From NCBI GenBank assembly GCA_041937175.2, contig CP166615.1, forward strand, positions 1,920,001 through 1,984,000: a stretch of 64,000 bases of DNA, in the 5' to 3' direction. Made by a program: the position numbers and the translations under genes. Below are positions 39,029 through 48,915 of this stretch, in pieces. Within the stretch, counting starts at the first letter, position 1. Each line of letters starts with the position of its first letter. The notes beneath the pieces are model-generated. The model had not been told where the DNA came from and did not search any database. It saw only the letters and a program-made list of their open reading frames with translations. The stretch is from Limnothrix sp. BL-A-16. Lineage in GTDB: Bacteria; Cyanobacteriota; Cyanobacteriia; CACIAM-69d.

Positions 39029-39304
39029 ATGGATACTTCAATCAACCTGCTGGCCAACACCATCCTGCAATTCGTCAACATTTATACGTTGGTGATCTTC
39101 ATTCGGATTCTGCTTAGTTGGTTTCCAAACATCGATTGGTTTTCCCAGCCCTTTGCCACAGTGGGGCAGTTAACCGATCCTTACCTGAATCTGTTTCGAT
39201 CGATCATCCCGCCCCTGGGTGGCTTAGATTTTTCGCCCATGCTGGCCATTTTGGCGCTGCAATTGCTGTCCCAATTGGTCAGCAGCGCTGTGATGGCCTT
39301 GTAG
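39029..39304 (+). CDS. YggT/Ycf19 family membrane protein
   Basis: RILLSWFPN, LTDPYLNLFRSIIPPLGGLDFSP. Confidence 0.92.
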   Translation: MDTSINLLANTILQFVNIYTLVIFIRILLSWFPNIDWFSQPFATVGQLTDPYLNLFRSIIPPLGGLDFSPMLAILALQLLSQLVSSAVMAL

Positions 39305-39328
39305 CCAGAGGGCCCGGTCACCAATGGT

Positions 39329-40009
39329 TCAGAGCTGGCCCGGAGACGAGGGGCGATCGGGCTGGTGTTGTTGCTGGCGATAGAGACCATAGCCAATGGC
39401 GAAGGGTTTCAGCAGCCCATACAAACCAGCCAACACGCCCCAGATCAACCCAATCACCAGGGCTGGACGATGGGCCGCCAAGTCGTTGGCCATCCGCTCC
39501 AGCAGGGTATGGGGCTGGGTGAACAAGTCCCAACTGTTGAAGCGCCAAAACCGGCCCACAAACACCCCCACCGCCGACAGGCCATGGAGCAACTGTTCCA
39601 TGAGCGGAATCCAGCGGCTGCGCCCGATCGCCCGGAGCCATCCATCCAGCCACACCAGTGACCAAACATAGGCCCCAAAGCCCACGGCCACAAACAGAAC
39701 GTATTGCGGAATCACGATCATCACCGTGGCCCAAAGGGACGTGTAGCGATAGCGAATGTCATTGACCAAATGAATCAAATCGGTCAAGACATAGGGCGCA
39801 TTGGGTAAGAACAAAATGAACATGATCGCCAGCCCCCACCACAGGGGCGATCGGGGCGATCGAGCGGGGCGGTGTCGAAAGAGCCAAGCGGCAATTCCCA
39901 AAGGGACAATGGCTAAGAATAAATTCCAAGCCATCCAATAGCTGTTATCGGCCCAGAGTGCGATCGTAATCCGCAGCCACTGCGCCAATGTTTTGAGAAG
40001 GGGTTCCAT
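39329..40009 (-). CDS. DUF1361 membrane protein
   Basis: WNLFLA, FLPNAPYVLTDLIH, GRF.RFNSWD. Confidence 0.88.
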   Translation of the reverse strand: MEPLLKTLAQWLRITIALWADNSYWMAWNLFLAIVPLGIAAWLFRHRPARSPRSPLWWGLAIMFILFLPNAPYVLTDLIHLVNDIRYRYTSLWATVMIVIPQYVLFVAVGFGAYVWSLVWLDGWLRAIGRSRWIPLMEQLLHGLSAVGVFVGRFWRFNSWDLFTQPHTLLERMANDLAAHRPALVIGLIWGVLAGLYGLLKPFAIGYGLYRQQQHQPDRPSSPGQL

Positions 40010-40074
40010 AGCCGATCGCCTTGATCAGAAGCGTTTGAGATCAGAAGCGTTTGAGGACGGTTCAAATTGAGCCA

Positions 40075-40256
40075 GGCAAATTCAATCAGGCCAATTCAAT
40101 CAGGCAAGTTAAACCGGGCAAATTTAACCAGATAGATTCAACCGAGCAAGTTCAATTGAGCAAATTCAATCGAGCAAATTCAATTGGGCAAATTCAATCG
40201 AGCAAATTCAATTGGGCAAGTTCAATTGGGCAAATTCAATTGGGCAAATCTAACCC
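40075..40256. repeat. intergenic 14-bp tandem array, 13 units (RGCAARTTCAATYG)
   Basis: Units counted by hand; degenerate at left, homogeneous at right; no spacers. Confidence 0.9.
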
Positions 40257-40269
40257 GACCCAGATCCTC

Positions 40270-42324
40270 TCAGGAAGACTGAATCAAGGTTTGTAATCGA
40301 TCGGCTGCCGGTTGGTCTCCCAAAGCCAAGTACAAATCTCGGGCCTGTTTCAGATGCTCGATCGCCTCAGCAGAACGGTGTTGAGATCGACGTAGACGGG
40401 CAAGCACCAGGTGTGGCTCCGGGTCGTGAGGATTATGGGCGATCGCCTGCTCCAGTTCCTTCGTTGCCTCGTCCCACTGCTCCTGTTGGATCAACACCCC
40501 AGCCCAGGCCACACGATAGGCCGCCTGATCCGGGTCAAGCCCCCTTGCTTGCCAAGTCTGTTCAATCGCCTTAGCCGCTTCGCCACGGCCTTGATAGGCA
40601 TAAAGATCTCTCGCCGCGATCGCCGCTTGCAGGGCCTGGGCCTGTGCGCCGTGGGCCTCCAGAGCCTTCGCCAGGGCCAAATGGGCATCGGGATCGCTGG
40701 GATGTTGCCGAATGGCCGCCTCTAGCAGGGGAGCCGCTTCCGCCGGCTGGTCATTGTCCAACAGCGCAATCCCCGCCATCAGGGGCGATTCCGTCAAAGA
40801 TGAAGCATTAAACGCACTGCTGCCACCGGTTTGAACCGTTTCCGCGATCGCCCGCACCTGCTCCAACTTGCCCAGGGCCCAACTGGCGGTCTGTTGGACT
40901 TGTTGATCCGGGTCGCGGGCCGCCATGCCCATCATTTGGCTCAGGCGAGTCACTTGTTCATAAACCTGCGTTAAATCCCGAATCGCATTGGTGCGAACTT
41001 CCGGATTCGGATCCCGCAGGGCCAGGGCCATCGCCTCCAGGGTGGGTTCCAACACCCGCGACCCGATCGAGGTTAAAGCCGCGATCGACAGGCTTCGTTG
41101 CTTGGAATCCCCATTCAGCAACACATCCATCAGGGGGCGCAGGGCCCGAGAGTCGCCCCGTTGTCCCAATTCCCAAATGGCCTTGCGGCGATCGGCCGCG
41201 TTGTCGCTGCGGAGATTTTGAATCGCCCGCTCAATCAGGCTCGGTTGCACCACCCGCGTAGGCGCAAGGGCCATTGGACTGGGCAAGGGAGCCATCGGGT
41301 TGGTTGCGGCATTGGGTGCGGCTTTCGGCGCAGCAGCGTTCGCCGCCGGACTGGGCAAGGGCGCAGACGCTGCCGGTTCAGGTGCTGTGGATTCCGCAGG
41401 AGCCGGAGCCGCTGTTCCCGCAGGCTCGGCCGAAGGTTCCGCATTGGCTGCTGGGGCTGGTTTTTGCCAAGGAAACAACCGGCGACGGGGTTTCGATTCT
41501 GGCTTGATCTCCGGCGGTGCGATCGGGGCGGCCGTTTCCAACGCCATAGCATTTTGACCATTGTGAACCGCCGCACTGTGGGCATTGAGGGTGGGGCCCA
41601 CATCCCGGGGCCGGGTCGATCGCGCCGCCGGAGCCAACGGAGCGCCCCAAGGGTCGATCGCCTCCAAACCCTCTACGGCATCTGGATCCGCCAAAGGGTC
41701 AAAATCTGCCTCCGCATCCGCATCCGCCTCATCCCAACCAAAATGTTCATTATTCCGAACTTGGCGAACAAACCAAACCAAGCCCCCCAACAAACCAAGC
41801 CCCCCAATTCCCGCCGCCCCAAACAATACGATTCGGCGTTGGAAAGCCCGTTGATCGTTTTTGGGTTTCTTGGGCTTTTTATTTTGTTGGTTCTGATTAT
41901 TATTTTGATTATTGTTTTGATTATTGCCTGAATTTCCTGAATTATTTGAATTATTAGGCTGACTATTTTGATTATTCTGGCTATTGGAATTATTGCTATC
42001 AGAATTACTATTTGAATCGTTGTTGGAATTGCCTTGATTGCCTGAATTATCTTGCCCAGAATTTTGCCCAGCATTCGCCGGTTGCGATTCATTGGGAGCC
42101 GCCTGGGCCACAGGCATCGATGCTGAGGATGGCAAAGACTGGCTAGAACTGCGGTTGGGGCCGCTGATGGCCGGTTGAACTTGGAGCAAGGCTTGGGCCA
42201 CCGTTTCCGTGGCCGCCAGTCCACCGCCGGGGGTGGCCAAACTGCCCAACATTACGATCGCCATGGCCCGGGCTGCGCGATCGCGGGTGCGGGATTTGGC
42301 TCCTGTCCAACTAGCTCGCTTCAT
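40270..42324 (-). CDS. membrane protein with Asn/Gln-rich region, HEAT repeats and TPRs
   Basis: RRKAIWELGQRGDSRA, DPNPEVRTNAIRDL; TPR-like helices; start uncertain (ORF open to 42396). Confidence 0.8.
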   Translation of the reverse strand: MKRASWTGAKSRTRDRAARAMAIVMLGSLATPGGGLAATETVAQALLQVQPAISGPNRSSSQSLPSSASMPVAQAAPNESQPANAGQNSGQDNSGNQGNSNNDSNSNSDSNNSNSQNNQNSQPNNSNNSGNSGNNQNNNQNNNQNQQNKKPKKPKNDQRAFQRRIVLFGAAGIGGLGLLGGLVWFVRQVRNNEHFGWDEADADAEADFDPLADPDAVEGLEAIDPWGAPLAPAARSTRPRDVGPTLNAHSAAVHNGQNAMALETAAPIAPPEIKPESKPRRRLFPWQKPAPAANAEPSAEPAGTAAPAPAESTAPEPAASAPLPSPAANAAAPKAAPNAATNPMAPLPSPMALAPTRVVQPSLIERAIQNLRSDNAADRRKAIWELGQRGDSRALRPLMDVLLNGDSKQRSLSIAALTSIGSRVLEPTLEAMALALRDPNPEVRTNAIRDLTQVYEQVTRLSQMMGMAARDPDQQVQQTASWALGKLEQVRAIAETVQTGGSSAFNASSLTESPLMAGIALLDNDQPAEAAPLLEAAIRQHPSDPDAHLALAKALEAHGAQAQALQAAIAARDLYAYQGRGEAAKAIEQTWQARGLDPDQAAYRVAWAGVLIQQEQWDEATKELEQAIAHNPHDPEPHLVLARLRRSQHRSAEAIEHLKQARDLYLALGDQPAADRLQTLIQSS

Positions 42325-42681
42325 AAACAACCGATCGAAAGGGGGCGCGAAATTTGCAGAAAACTTGCGGAAAACGCCTGGAACAGACGCTTGCAAGAGC
42401 CTAAAGACGAAGGCTCCTATTCATCATTCCCTGAGATGCCACAAGCAAGACAATCGTAGGCCAGGAGTTTCAGATTCTTTGCTGATTCCTTCAATGCACC
42501 GATCCAAACAGGTTTGCATCTTCTAGACCAATGGGAGCGAATCCGTTTGCCGATCCGTTTGCTGACGTTGGCTTGCGGCCGCGATCGATACGTCTATCGA
42601 TACATTTCCTGTCGAGACTTCTGTTGATATCTCTATTGTGGCATTGGTGTTTGTGGCATTGGTGCTCGATCGTCACCCCCC

Positions 42682-43431
42682 CTAGGGTCGCGGTGTGCCG
42701 GTGGGGCTGGGATTGCTTTGGGCGGGCGCTGCATTAGGTTTACGTGGCTCCGTAGGTGACATCAGTTGAATTGAGTCAAAAAAAGCCTGCACCTGTGGAA
42801 CCTTGAGTTTGCCGTCTTCGGCCGCCACAATGGCCCGATACCAAATTCCGTTGGCATAGAAAATTCGCACCCGGGCCGCAAAGCCACCCGATCGCGACAA
42901 TTCCAGATCGCGCCCTTGGAAACCACTCTGTTGCAAGGGTTTTTCGGAAACCACCTTGGCGGAAATGCCCTTGGCGATGCTGTCGCGACTGGCATCCAAA
43001 GCCTTGACCACATCCAACCCCGTGCCCGCCGGAACCGGAAAGCGATTGTGAGCAAACAGATAAAACCGCTTGGCCGGTCGGTCTTGGTAGCGGAGCATAA
43101 TCACTTCCGCCGGGCCCACTTCGGTGGGAACACGGCTAGTTTCTTCCTGGGGTTTGGCGGGAAACGCCACGGAAAAGCCGGCCTGGGGCGATTGGTAGCG
43201 TGGCCAGGTTTTCAGTAATCCGGCGATCGTGTTGGGGGTGGCGGAAGGGCTGGGCAACAGGGCCGCCGGGGCCACGTCCGGCAGCGTGATGCCTCCCGGT
43301 TGGGCAGCGGGCTGAGAGGTGGTGACTTGGTTGGTGCAGCCGATCGAGAGGCTACCCAGGCCCAAACTGAGCAGGATTAGCCCGATCGGGCGAAACCAGT
43401 GAACGGACAACGGAAGAATGCGATCGAGCAT
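42682..43431 (-). CDS. hypothetical lipoprotein
   Basis: Lipobox SIGC; Y.S...GFSVAFP.KP...FFDS.QL. Confidence 0.7.
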   Translation of the reverse strand: MLDRILPLSVHWFRPIGLILLSLGLGSLSIGCTNQVTTSQPAAQPGGITLPDVAPAALLPSPSATPNTIAGLLKTWPRYQSPQAGFSVAFPAKPQEETSRVPTEVGPAEVIMLRYQDRPAKRFYLFAHNRFPVPAGTGLDVVKALDASRDSIAKGISAKVVSEKPLQQSGFQGRDLELSRSGGFAARVRIFYANGIWYRAIVAAEDGKLKVPQVQAFFDSIQLMSPTEPRKPNAAPAQSNPSPTGTPRP

Positions 43432-43511
43432 GGAACGCCAGCAATGAAACAGCAAAAAGGCTTGGGCCCGAAACGCCCTCCATTATGCGTTGCTGATTGC
43501 CCGGCTGCTCA

Positions 43512-44597
43512 TTAGATCGGCTTAGATCGATCTGATCGCCAACGAATCAGGGACTGCAAGGCTCCGTGATCACCGAATAAGCTCGATCGCCCTGAATTGG
43601 CTGATTCTGGATTGACTGATTCTGGGTTGGTTGGCCCATTTCGCCCATCCCGCAACAACACCACAAAGGAACCGGCCCCCAAGCCCTCCTGGGGAAACAT
43701 TCGATAGCAGGGAAAAGCGGCGTGGGTCGATCGCCAAGGCTCCAGGGCCGAAACGGGTTGCGGCTCCAGGTGGGGAAAGCGATCGAGCAGCCATTGGGTG
43801 GCCCCTTCGTTTTCCTCGATCGCGTAGGTGCAGGTCATGTAGGCCAGCCAGCCGCCGGGAGCCACCAGGGCCGCCGCATTGGCCAAAATTCGTTTTTGGC
43901 GATTGGCATTTTTCCCGATCGTCAGGGGATGAAAACAACCGGGATTTTTCTCCCCTTTAGCCAACAGGGATTGGCCCGAGCAGGGCGCATCCACAATCAC
44001 CAAATCCGCCCAGCCGGGAATCGCCTGGGCCAAGGTTTCCGGGTCGGCACAGGTGGCAATCGCCGGGTCAAGGCCGCAGCGTTTCAGGTTGCTGACCAAC
44101 ATGCCGATCCGTTTGCCGATCGCCTCATTGGCCACCAGCAGCGACGGTTTCAGCGCTCGCCAGGCAAAGACACTTTTACCCCCCGGCGCGGCGCAGAGAT
44201 CCACCACGCGATCGACCCGATCGGGAATTGCCAGCAGGGCCGAAGCCGCAAACACCGAAGAAAAATCCAAACAATAGAACGCGCCCGCTTCGTGCAGGGG
44301 ATGCTTGCCGGGTCGCCGGTTGGCCGGTTGGTCGGCGGTCAAGTCCAGACGATCGACCCAGGCCGGCTGCATCGCCAAAGGCAGCAGGGCCGCAAAGGGA
44401 GACGGATCGGGGCGATCGGCCAGCCACAACAAACAGGGCGCAAACCGCTGGGCTTGGCCAAGGCTCTGGACAAAGGCTGATCGCTCGATCGTGTCTTCAA
44501 ACAGGCGATCGGCCAGCTTCAGCAACAGCCGCGACGGCTCCACCGCGATCGGCTCCGCTGCCGCTGGTTTGGTCGATCGTTTCTTCGATTTGCCCAT
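43512..44597 (-). CDS. RsmB/NOP family rRNA m5C methyltransferase
   Basis: DLCAAPGGKS, VDAPCSG, YMTCTY..EENE. Confidence 0.9.
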   Translation of the reverse strand: MGKSKKRSTKPAAAEPIAVEPSRLLLKLADRLFEDTIERSAFVQSLGQAQRFAPCLLWLADRPDPSPFAALLPLAMQPAWVDRLDLTADQPANRRPGKHPLHEAGAFYCLDFSSVFAASALLAIPDRVDRVVDLCAAPGGKSVFAWRALKPSLLVANEAIGKRIGMLVSNLKRCGLDPAIATCADPETLAQAIPGWADLVIVDAPCSGQSLLAKGEKNPGCFHPLTIGKNANRQKRILANAAALVAPGGWLAYMTCTYAIEENEGATQWLLDRFPHLEPQPVSALEPWRSTHAAFPCYRMFPQEGLGAGSFVVLLRDGRNGPTNPESVNPESANSGRSSLFGDHGALQSLIRWRSDRSKPI

Positions 44598-44619
44598 CTC
44601 CACTCGCCCCAAACGGTAA

Positions 44620-44644
44620 GTAGACAAGGGGCTTAAGCCCCTTG
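44620..44644 (+). repeat. REP-like element: GTAG foot plus 20-bp perfect palindrome
   Basis: GTAG-A-CAAGGGGCTTAAGCCCCTTG, intergenic. Confidence 0.75.
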
Positions 44645-44685
44645 CCCCCCAGGATCACAGCCCGGATCGGTGCGCCACTGGTTCC

Positions 44686-46299
44686 TTAAACGGCGGCGCG
44701 ATTCAGATCCAACACCGCTTGCAGGCGATCGAGCACCAGTTGCCGATCCAAGTAGGACAGCAGCGGCCCCGCCTTCGGGCCCCGTTCCTTGTTCAAAAAC
44801 GCCAGATAAATCGCCGAAAAGGCCACCGGCATTTTCAAATCCAGCTCCCGCGTGGTGGCAAACAGCGCCGTTTGCAGGGATTCGCCGTCCCAGCTTTCCA
44901 CCGTTGCCAGCGTTTTCAGCAAAGCTTCCACGTAGCCGATTTGTTCCGGCGACAGTTGATTCGCCCGCTCCGGAATCGTATCCAGATAAAGCACCAACTT
45001 TTCTTCTTCGTCGGCGTAGTCATTCAGCCACTTTTGAGCAGCCGAAATCCGTTCGCGAGCAATTTGCCAATCGTAATCATTCAAAGGTTCAGCCGATCGC
45101 GCCGCCACTTCCTTTTCCACATCCAAATGGGGCACTTGCAACAGCGAAATCGCCGTGCTCAATTCAAAGGGTTGGTAGGGCTGAATTTCCCCATCCAACT
45201 GGGCATAAAATAGCGCCATCCAATCTTCGTTCAGTTCCGGTGCTTGGCCGCCATTGGCGATCGTTTCCCGGCGGTATTTGTCGATTAAATTGTCGTAATC
45301 GCGGAACACACGCGTGATGCTTTCGTAGTTTGGCGCAAAGTTAATGGCCGTGCGGGGCGGTGTGCGCAACATCAAAAATCGCAACAACTGCGGCGGCAAC
45401 AGATCAGCAATTTCGCGAGCGCTGGAACCGATGCCCTTGGAAGAACTCATTTTCGTGCCATTGACCAAAATGAATTCGTAGGGCGAATGGAAGGGCGGTT
45501 GCTGACCCAAAACCTTACGGGAAATGGCGTTGGCCACGTCGCGAGAGCCACCCTTTTGGGAGTGATCTTTGCCAGCCAGCTCGATCGTCACGCCCAGCAA
45601 TTCCCACTTGGCCACCCACTCAACTTTCCAGGGCAATTTGCCGTTGCCATCGAAGGGCGAAACCCAACCGGAATGGCCACAACCTTGGGTGTAGTCCGTG
45701 GCATTGGGATCGCAGGTGTAGAACACTTTGCCATCTTGGTAGTCGGTGACTTGGGTGGTGGCAATTTTGCCGCAATGTTCGCAAATCACCTGGAAGGGAT
45801 ACCAGTTGCTGGGGCGATCGGCCTTGCTGACTTCTTTATAGGCTTCACGCACCAACTGGGCATTTTTCAAGAAGCGATCGATCGCAGGATTCAGCTTGCC
45901 CGATCGATACAAATCCCGCAGGTAATAAATCTCGGGCCGCACCCCCAAATACTCAAACACATCCAGAAATTCGCCCATGAAATATTTGGCGTAATCACTG
46001 GCGCGATCGCCCGGTGCGGTTTCATCGGGTGAAGGCACATTGCAGAGGGGCCAGCCCAAATAGCACTCAAACTTTTCCCGATCGAGGTAGCGCGGCACGG
46101 TGTCCAGCGCGTCGTAATCATCCACGCCGTAGATGAACTTCACGGGCTTGCCGGCCTGTTTCAGGGCGCGATAGATCGTGTCGTGAATCACGACTCCCCG
46201 CAAGGAGCCAACGTGAACACGCCCCGATGGCGTTTTGGAGTCGTTAACGATCTGTGGACCCTGTGCGTCGGCGGCGATTTTATCTGCCCAGAAACTCAT
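44686..46299 (-). CDS. lysS: lysine--tRNA ligase, class I (LysRS1)
   Basis: TPSGRVHVGS (HIGH-like), KMSSSKG (KMSKS-like), GKLPWKVEW, GKDH, CEHC zinc ribbon, C-terminal GPKAG. Confidence 0.93.
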   Translation of the reverse strand: MSFWADKIAADAQGPQIVNDSKTPSGRVHVGSLRGVVIHDTIYRALKQAGKPVKFIYGVDDYDALDTVPRYLDREKFECYLGWPLCNVPSPDETAPGDRASDYAKYFMGEFLDVFEYLGVRPEIYYLRDLYRSGKLNPAIDRFLKNAQLVREAYKEVSKADRPSNWYPFQVICEHCGKIATTQVTDYQDGKVFYTCDPNATDYTQGCGHSGWVSPFDGNGKLPWKVEWVAKWELLGVTIELAGKDHSQKGGSRDVANAISRKVLGQQPPFHSPYEFILVNGTKMSSSKGIGSSAREIADLLPPQLLRFLMLRTPPRTAINFAPNYESITRVFRDYDNLIDKYRRETIANGGQAPELNEDWMALFYAQLDGEIQPYQPFELSTAISLLQVPHLDVEKEVAARSAEPLNDYDWQIARERISAAQKWLNDYADEEEKLVLYLDTIPERANQLSPEQIGYVEALLKTLATVESWDGESLQTALFATTRELDLKMPVAFSAIYLAFLNKERGPKAGPLLSYLDRQLVLDRLQAVLDLNRAAV

Positions 46300-46583
46300 G
46301 GCGGTGGGGCGGTGATGACGAGGTAATGGTTACAGAAAAAGATGGGTGCAGAATGCCAAGGTTGCAAAATGCCTATTCATTTTAGGGACTTGGGGCCTTT
46401 TACGCGCGATCGCCTCTGAAAGGACACTGAAAAAGCTGCATTGCCAAAGACTAATTGAGCGGCTTGGGTCGATCAGGTTGATTCAGTTAATCCAGCAATC
46501 CAATCCCTTTCAACGCTTTTCGTCCAACCCGGCCGATCGCCCGTTGGCATAATGAGACCAATTGCCATCTTGAGGACAAACCG

Positions 46584-47261
46584 ATGGTTGCCCAAATTCC
46601 CCCGATCGAGCCGGGAAAGGTTCAACCCAAGCCGATCAAGTATCCCGACAGTGACGGCCAGCCGATGGCAGACAACACCAAGCAATTTCACTGGATCCAG
46701 ACCATTCAAAGCAACCTCGCCGCCATTTTTGGTGATGATCCGCAGGTGTTTGTGGCCGGTGATTTGCTTTGGTATCCGGTGGAAGGCAGCAACACGATTC
46801 GCCAAGCGCCTGATGTGATGGTTGCTTTTGGGGTTCCCAAGGGCGATCGCGGTTCCTATATGCAGTGGCGCGAAAACAACATCGCCCCTCAAGTGGTGTT
46901 TGAAATTTGGTCGCCGGGCAATCGTTTTGGAGAAATGCTGAAAAAGCAGATGTTTTATAACCGCTATGGCGTTGAGGAATATTACATCTATGACCCCGAT
47001 CGCAATGAATTAAACATTTTGACGCGGGGAGCCAGTGGCGATCTAGAACCCATTGAGGATCCCCAAAATTGGGTCAGTCCTCGGCTGGGCATCCGCTGCC
47101 AGCTAGATGAGGAAACTCTCACCTTGTTTGGGCCCGATGGTCAGCCCTTTTCTACCTTGCGGGAAGAGCGACAACGGGCCGATCGGGAACGGGAACGAGC
47201 CGATCGACTGGCGGCCCGGCTGCGGGAGCTGGGTTTGGATCCCGACTCGATCGACCCCTAG
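46584..47261 (+). CDS. Uma2 family endonuclease-like protein
   Basis: YPDSDGQPMADNT, APDV, PQVVFEIWSP, GVEEYYIYDP; C-terminal coiled tail. Confidence 0.92.
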   Translation: MVAQIPPIEPGKVQPKPIKYPDSDGQPMADNTKQFHWIQTIQSNLAAIFGDDPQVFVAGDLLWYPVEGSNTIRQAPDVMVAFGVPKGDRGSYMQWRENNIAPQVVFEIWSPGNRFGEMLKKQMFYNRYGVEEYYIYDPDRNELNILTRGASGDLEPIEDPQNWVSPRLGIRCQLDEETLTLFGPDGQPFSTLREERQRADRERERADRLAARLRELGLDPDSIDP

Positions 47262-47332
47262 GGCCCTGAGCTACCAGCCCGAGTGACCACCATCAGCGCT
47301 CGCAGCCATCGGGATTGTGGCCAATGTCAACC

Positions 47333-48664
47333 CTACAACAACCCAGAAACCTCGTAGAGCTGGCGGGTGCGGGACAAAATCTTATCGCCATAGTTCATAT
47401 CCGCCTCCCAACGCCCACTCAGCAGCGCCACCGTGGGAGCCACGCCACGCGGCACAAAGCTAAACCGAGGATCCACCACCGCATTGGCCAAGGGTTCTGT
47501 GCTGGCGTAGGCCTTGAGGTGTTGGATGTGGGCCCGCACCCCCAGCCGCGCACTGGCAAAGGAAGCCCCCTCGGGATTGCCGCCCAAGGCCCCCAGCCCC
47601 CCAAAGTTGTTTTGGCTGGATTTGGTGGGGCCCGGAAATTGCAGAAAGTCCGTTTCCACGCACATTTGGGCAAAGGCTAGATCAAAATTGACACCCTCGG
47701 CGATCGCCTCTTCGCGGTAAAGACGCGGTAAATCGGGAAATTGGCTACCCGCATTGGGGTTAAAGGCTCTCAGAAAGGTCAGCATTTGGGAATCAACGGT
47801 GCTGCCCAGTCCCATGATCTGCCCTTTCAAGGTGTTGGAAACCAGAAGGTTGGTGCGGAGGGTGACGGCGCGGGTTTGGCTGTTCCAACCTACGGAGATG
47901 TTGTACTGCCGCAGGTCGATCGCCTTGAAATAAACGATGTTTTGGTAGCGCACTCGAACGATTTGCGGGTTGGTGGCCACCTTGATGCCCAGGCGATCGG
48001 CCAGGTCGATCGGGATATAGGAATTGCCATTGATCAGCACGCCCCGCTCGGGATAGCGCTGATTATTCACCTCAATTTGAATACTGCTGTAGGGCTGGGC
48101 AGGGAATTCCAGCAAAATTTGTTGCAGGCCATCGCTGAGGCCGGTGGCAATGCCCCAACCTTGATTTTTGAGAATCGTGCGATCGGTCTCGTTGGTTAAA
48201 AAGCCCACTTCCACCAACAGCGAAGGAACCGTCAGTTGACGACAAAACAGCCGATTCCCCAACCCCGTGGCCGTGTCGGGCAATGCCCCCCGCGAAAGGA
48301 GTTGGGGAACCCGCGCCAGGGTCGATCGCAACAGAATTTCTGCCTGGGTTTGGCGCACCTGATTATTCGCAATGAAATAGACCGTCGTGCCTCGGGTGGC
48401 GGGGTTGCTGGAACCATCCAGGTGAATTTCCAAGGCCACATCCCCGGCGCGCCCTCGGGCATTGATCCAAGCGATTGTCTGTTGCAGGCTCAAATCATCG
48501 GGAACCATCAGCACTTCAACGCCCCGCCGTTGCAGGGTTTGGGCCGTGGCTTCCCGCAGCCAAATCATTTCCCGGGCTTCGGTGGTTCCTGCCGCCATAA
48601 TGCCAGGATCCAAAACCCCGTTTTCATAGCCCCCATGGCCCGCTGAAAGGAGAACCCGCCCCAT
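47333..48664 (-). CDS. tftA: N-acetylmuramoyl-L-alanine amidase plus glucosaminidase-like domain (TftA-like)
   Basis: SAGHGG...DPG...TTEA.EM, LEIH, LVEVG; C-terminal AFAQMCVET..L.F...QNNF.GLG...HIQHLKAYAS. Confidence 0.75.
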   Translation of the reverse strand: MGRVLLSAGHGGYENGVLDPGIMAAGTTEAREMIWLREATAQTLQRRGVEVLMVPDDLSLQQTIAWINARGRAGDVALEIHLDGSSNPATRGTTVYFIANNQVRQTQAEILLRSTLARVPQLLSRGALPDTATGLGNRLFCRQLTVPSLLVEVGFLTNETDRTILKNQGWGIATGLSDGLQQILLEFPAQPYSSIQIEVNNQRYPERGVLINGNSYIPIDLADRLGIKVATNPQIVRVRYQNIVYFKAIDLRQYNISVGWNSQTRAVTLRTNLLVSNTLKGQIMGLGSTVDSQMLTFLRAFNPNAGSQFPDLPRLYREEAIAEGVNFDLAFAQMCVETDFLQFPGPTKSSQNNFGGLGALGGNPEGASFASARLGVRAHIQHLKAYASTEPLANAVVDPRFSFVPRGVAPTVALLSGRWEADMNYGDKILSRTRQLYEVSGLL

Positions 48665-48915
48665 GAATTACTCTCGATCGAACTTCGACCAATGCTAGAT
48701 CACCCGATTCCCAAAAATCACTAGGATCGTTGGTGTTCAGGATCCCTCCGAACGATTCCGAGGTCGATCGAGTGGTTGCTTGGCCAACCGAGTTAGAATT
48801 TCCCACCCTTGATCTGGTCGAAATTCACCGTTTTGGAGCCACAAGCAACGGAGCTGGCGGCCGTCCGGTACACTGCATAGATCCGTTGTCGGGTCGATCG
48901 CCCGGTTTGCTGATC

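Noticed and set aside
40075..40256. Possible CRISPR array
   Set aside because: Contiguous 14-bp units with no unique spacers; no cas genes
46584..47261. Uma2 gene as a defence system
   Set aside because: Highly expanded family in cyanobacteria, here isolated with no defence context
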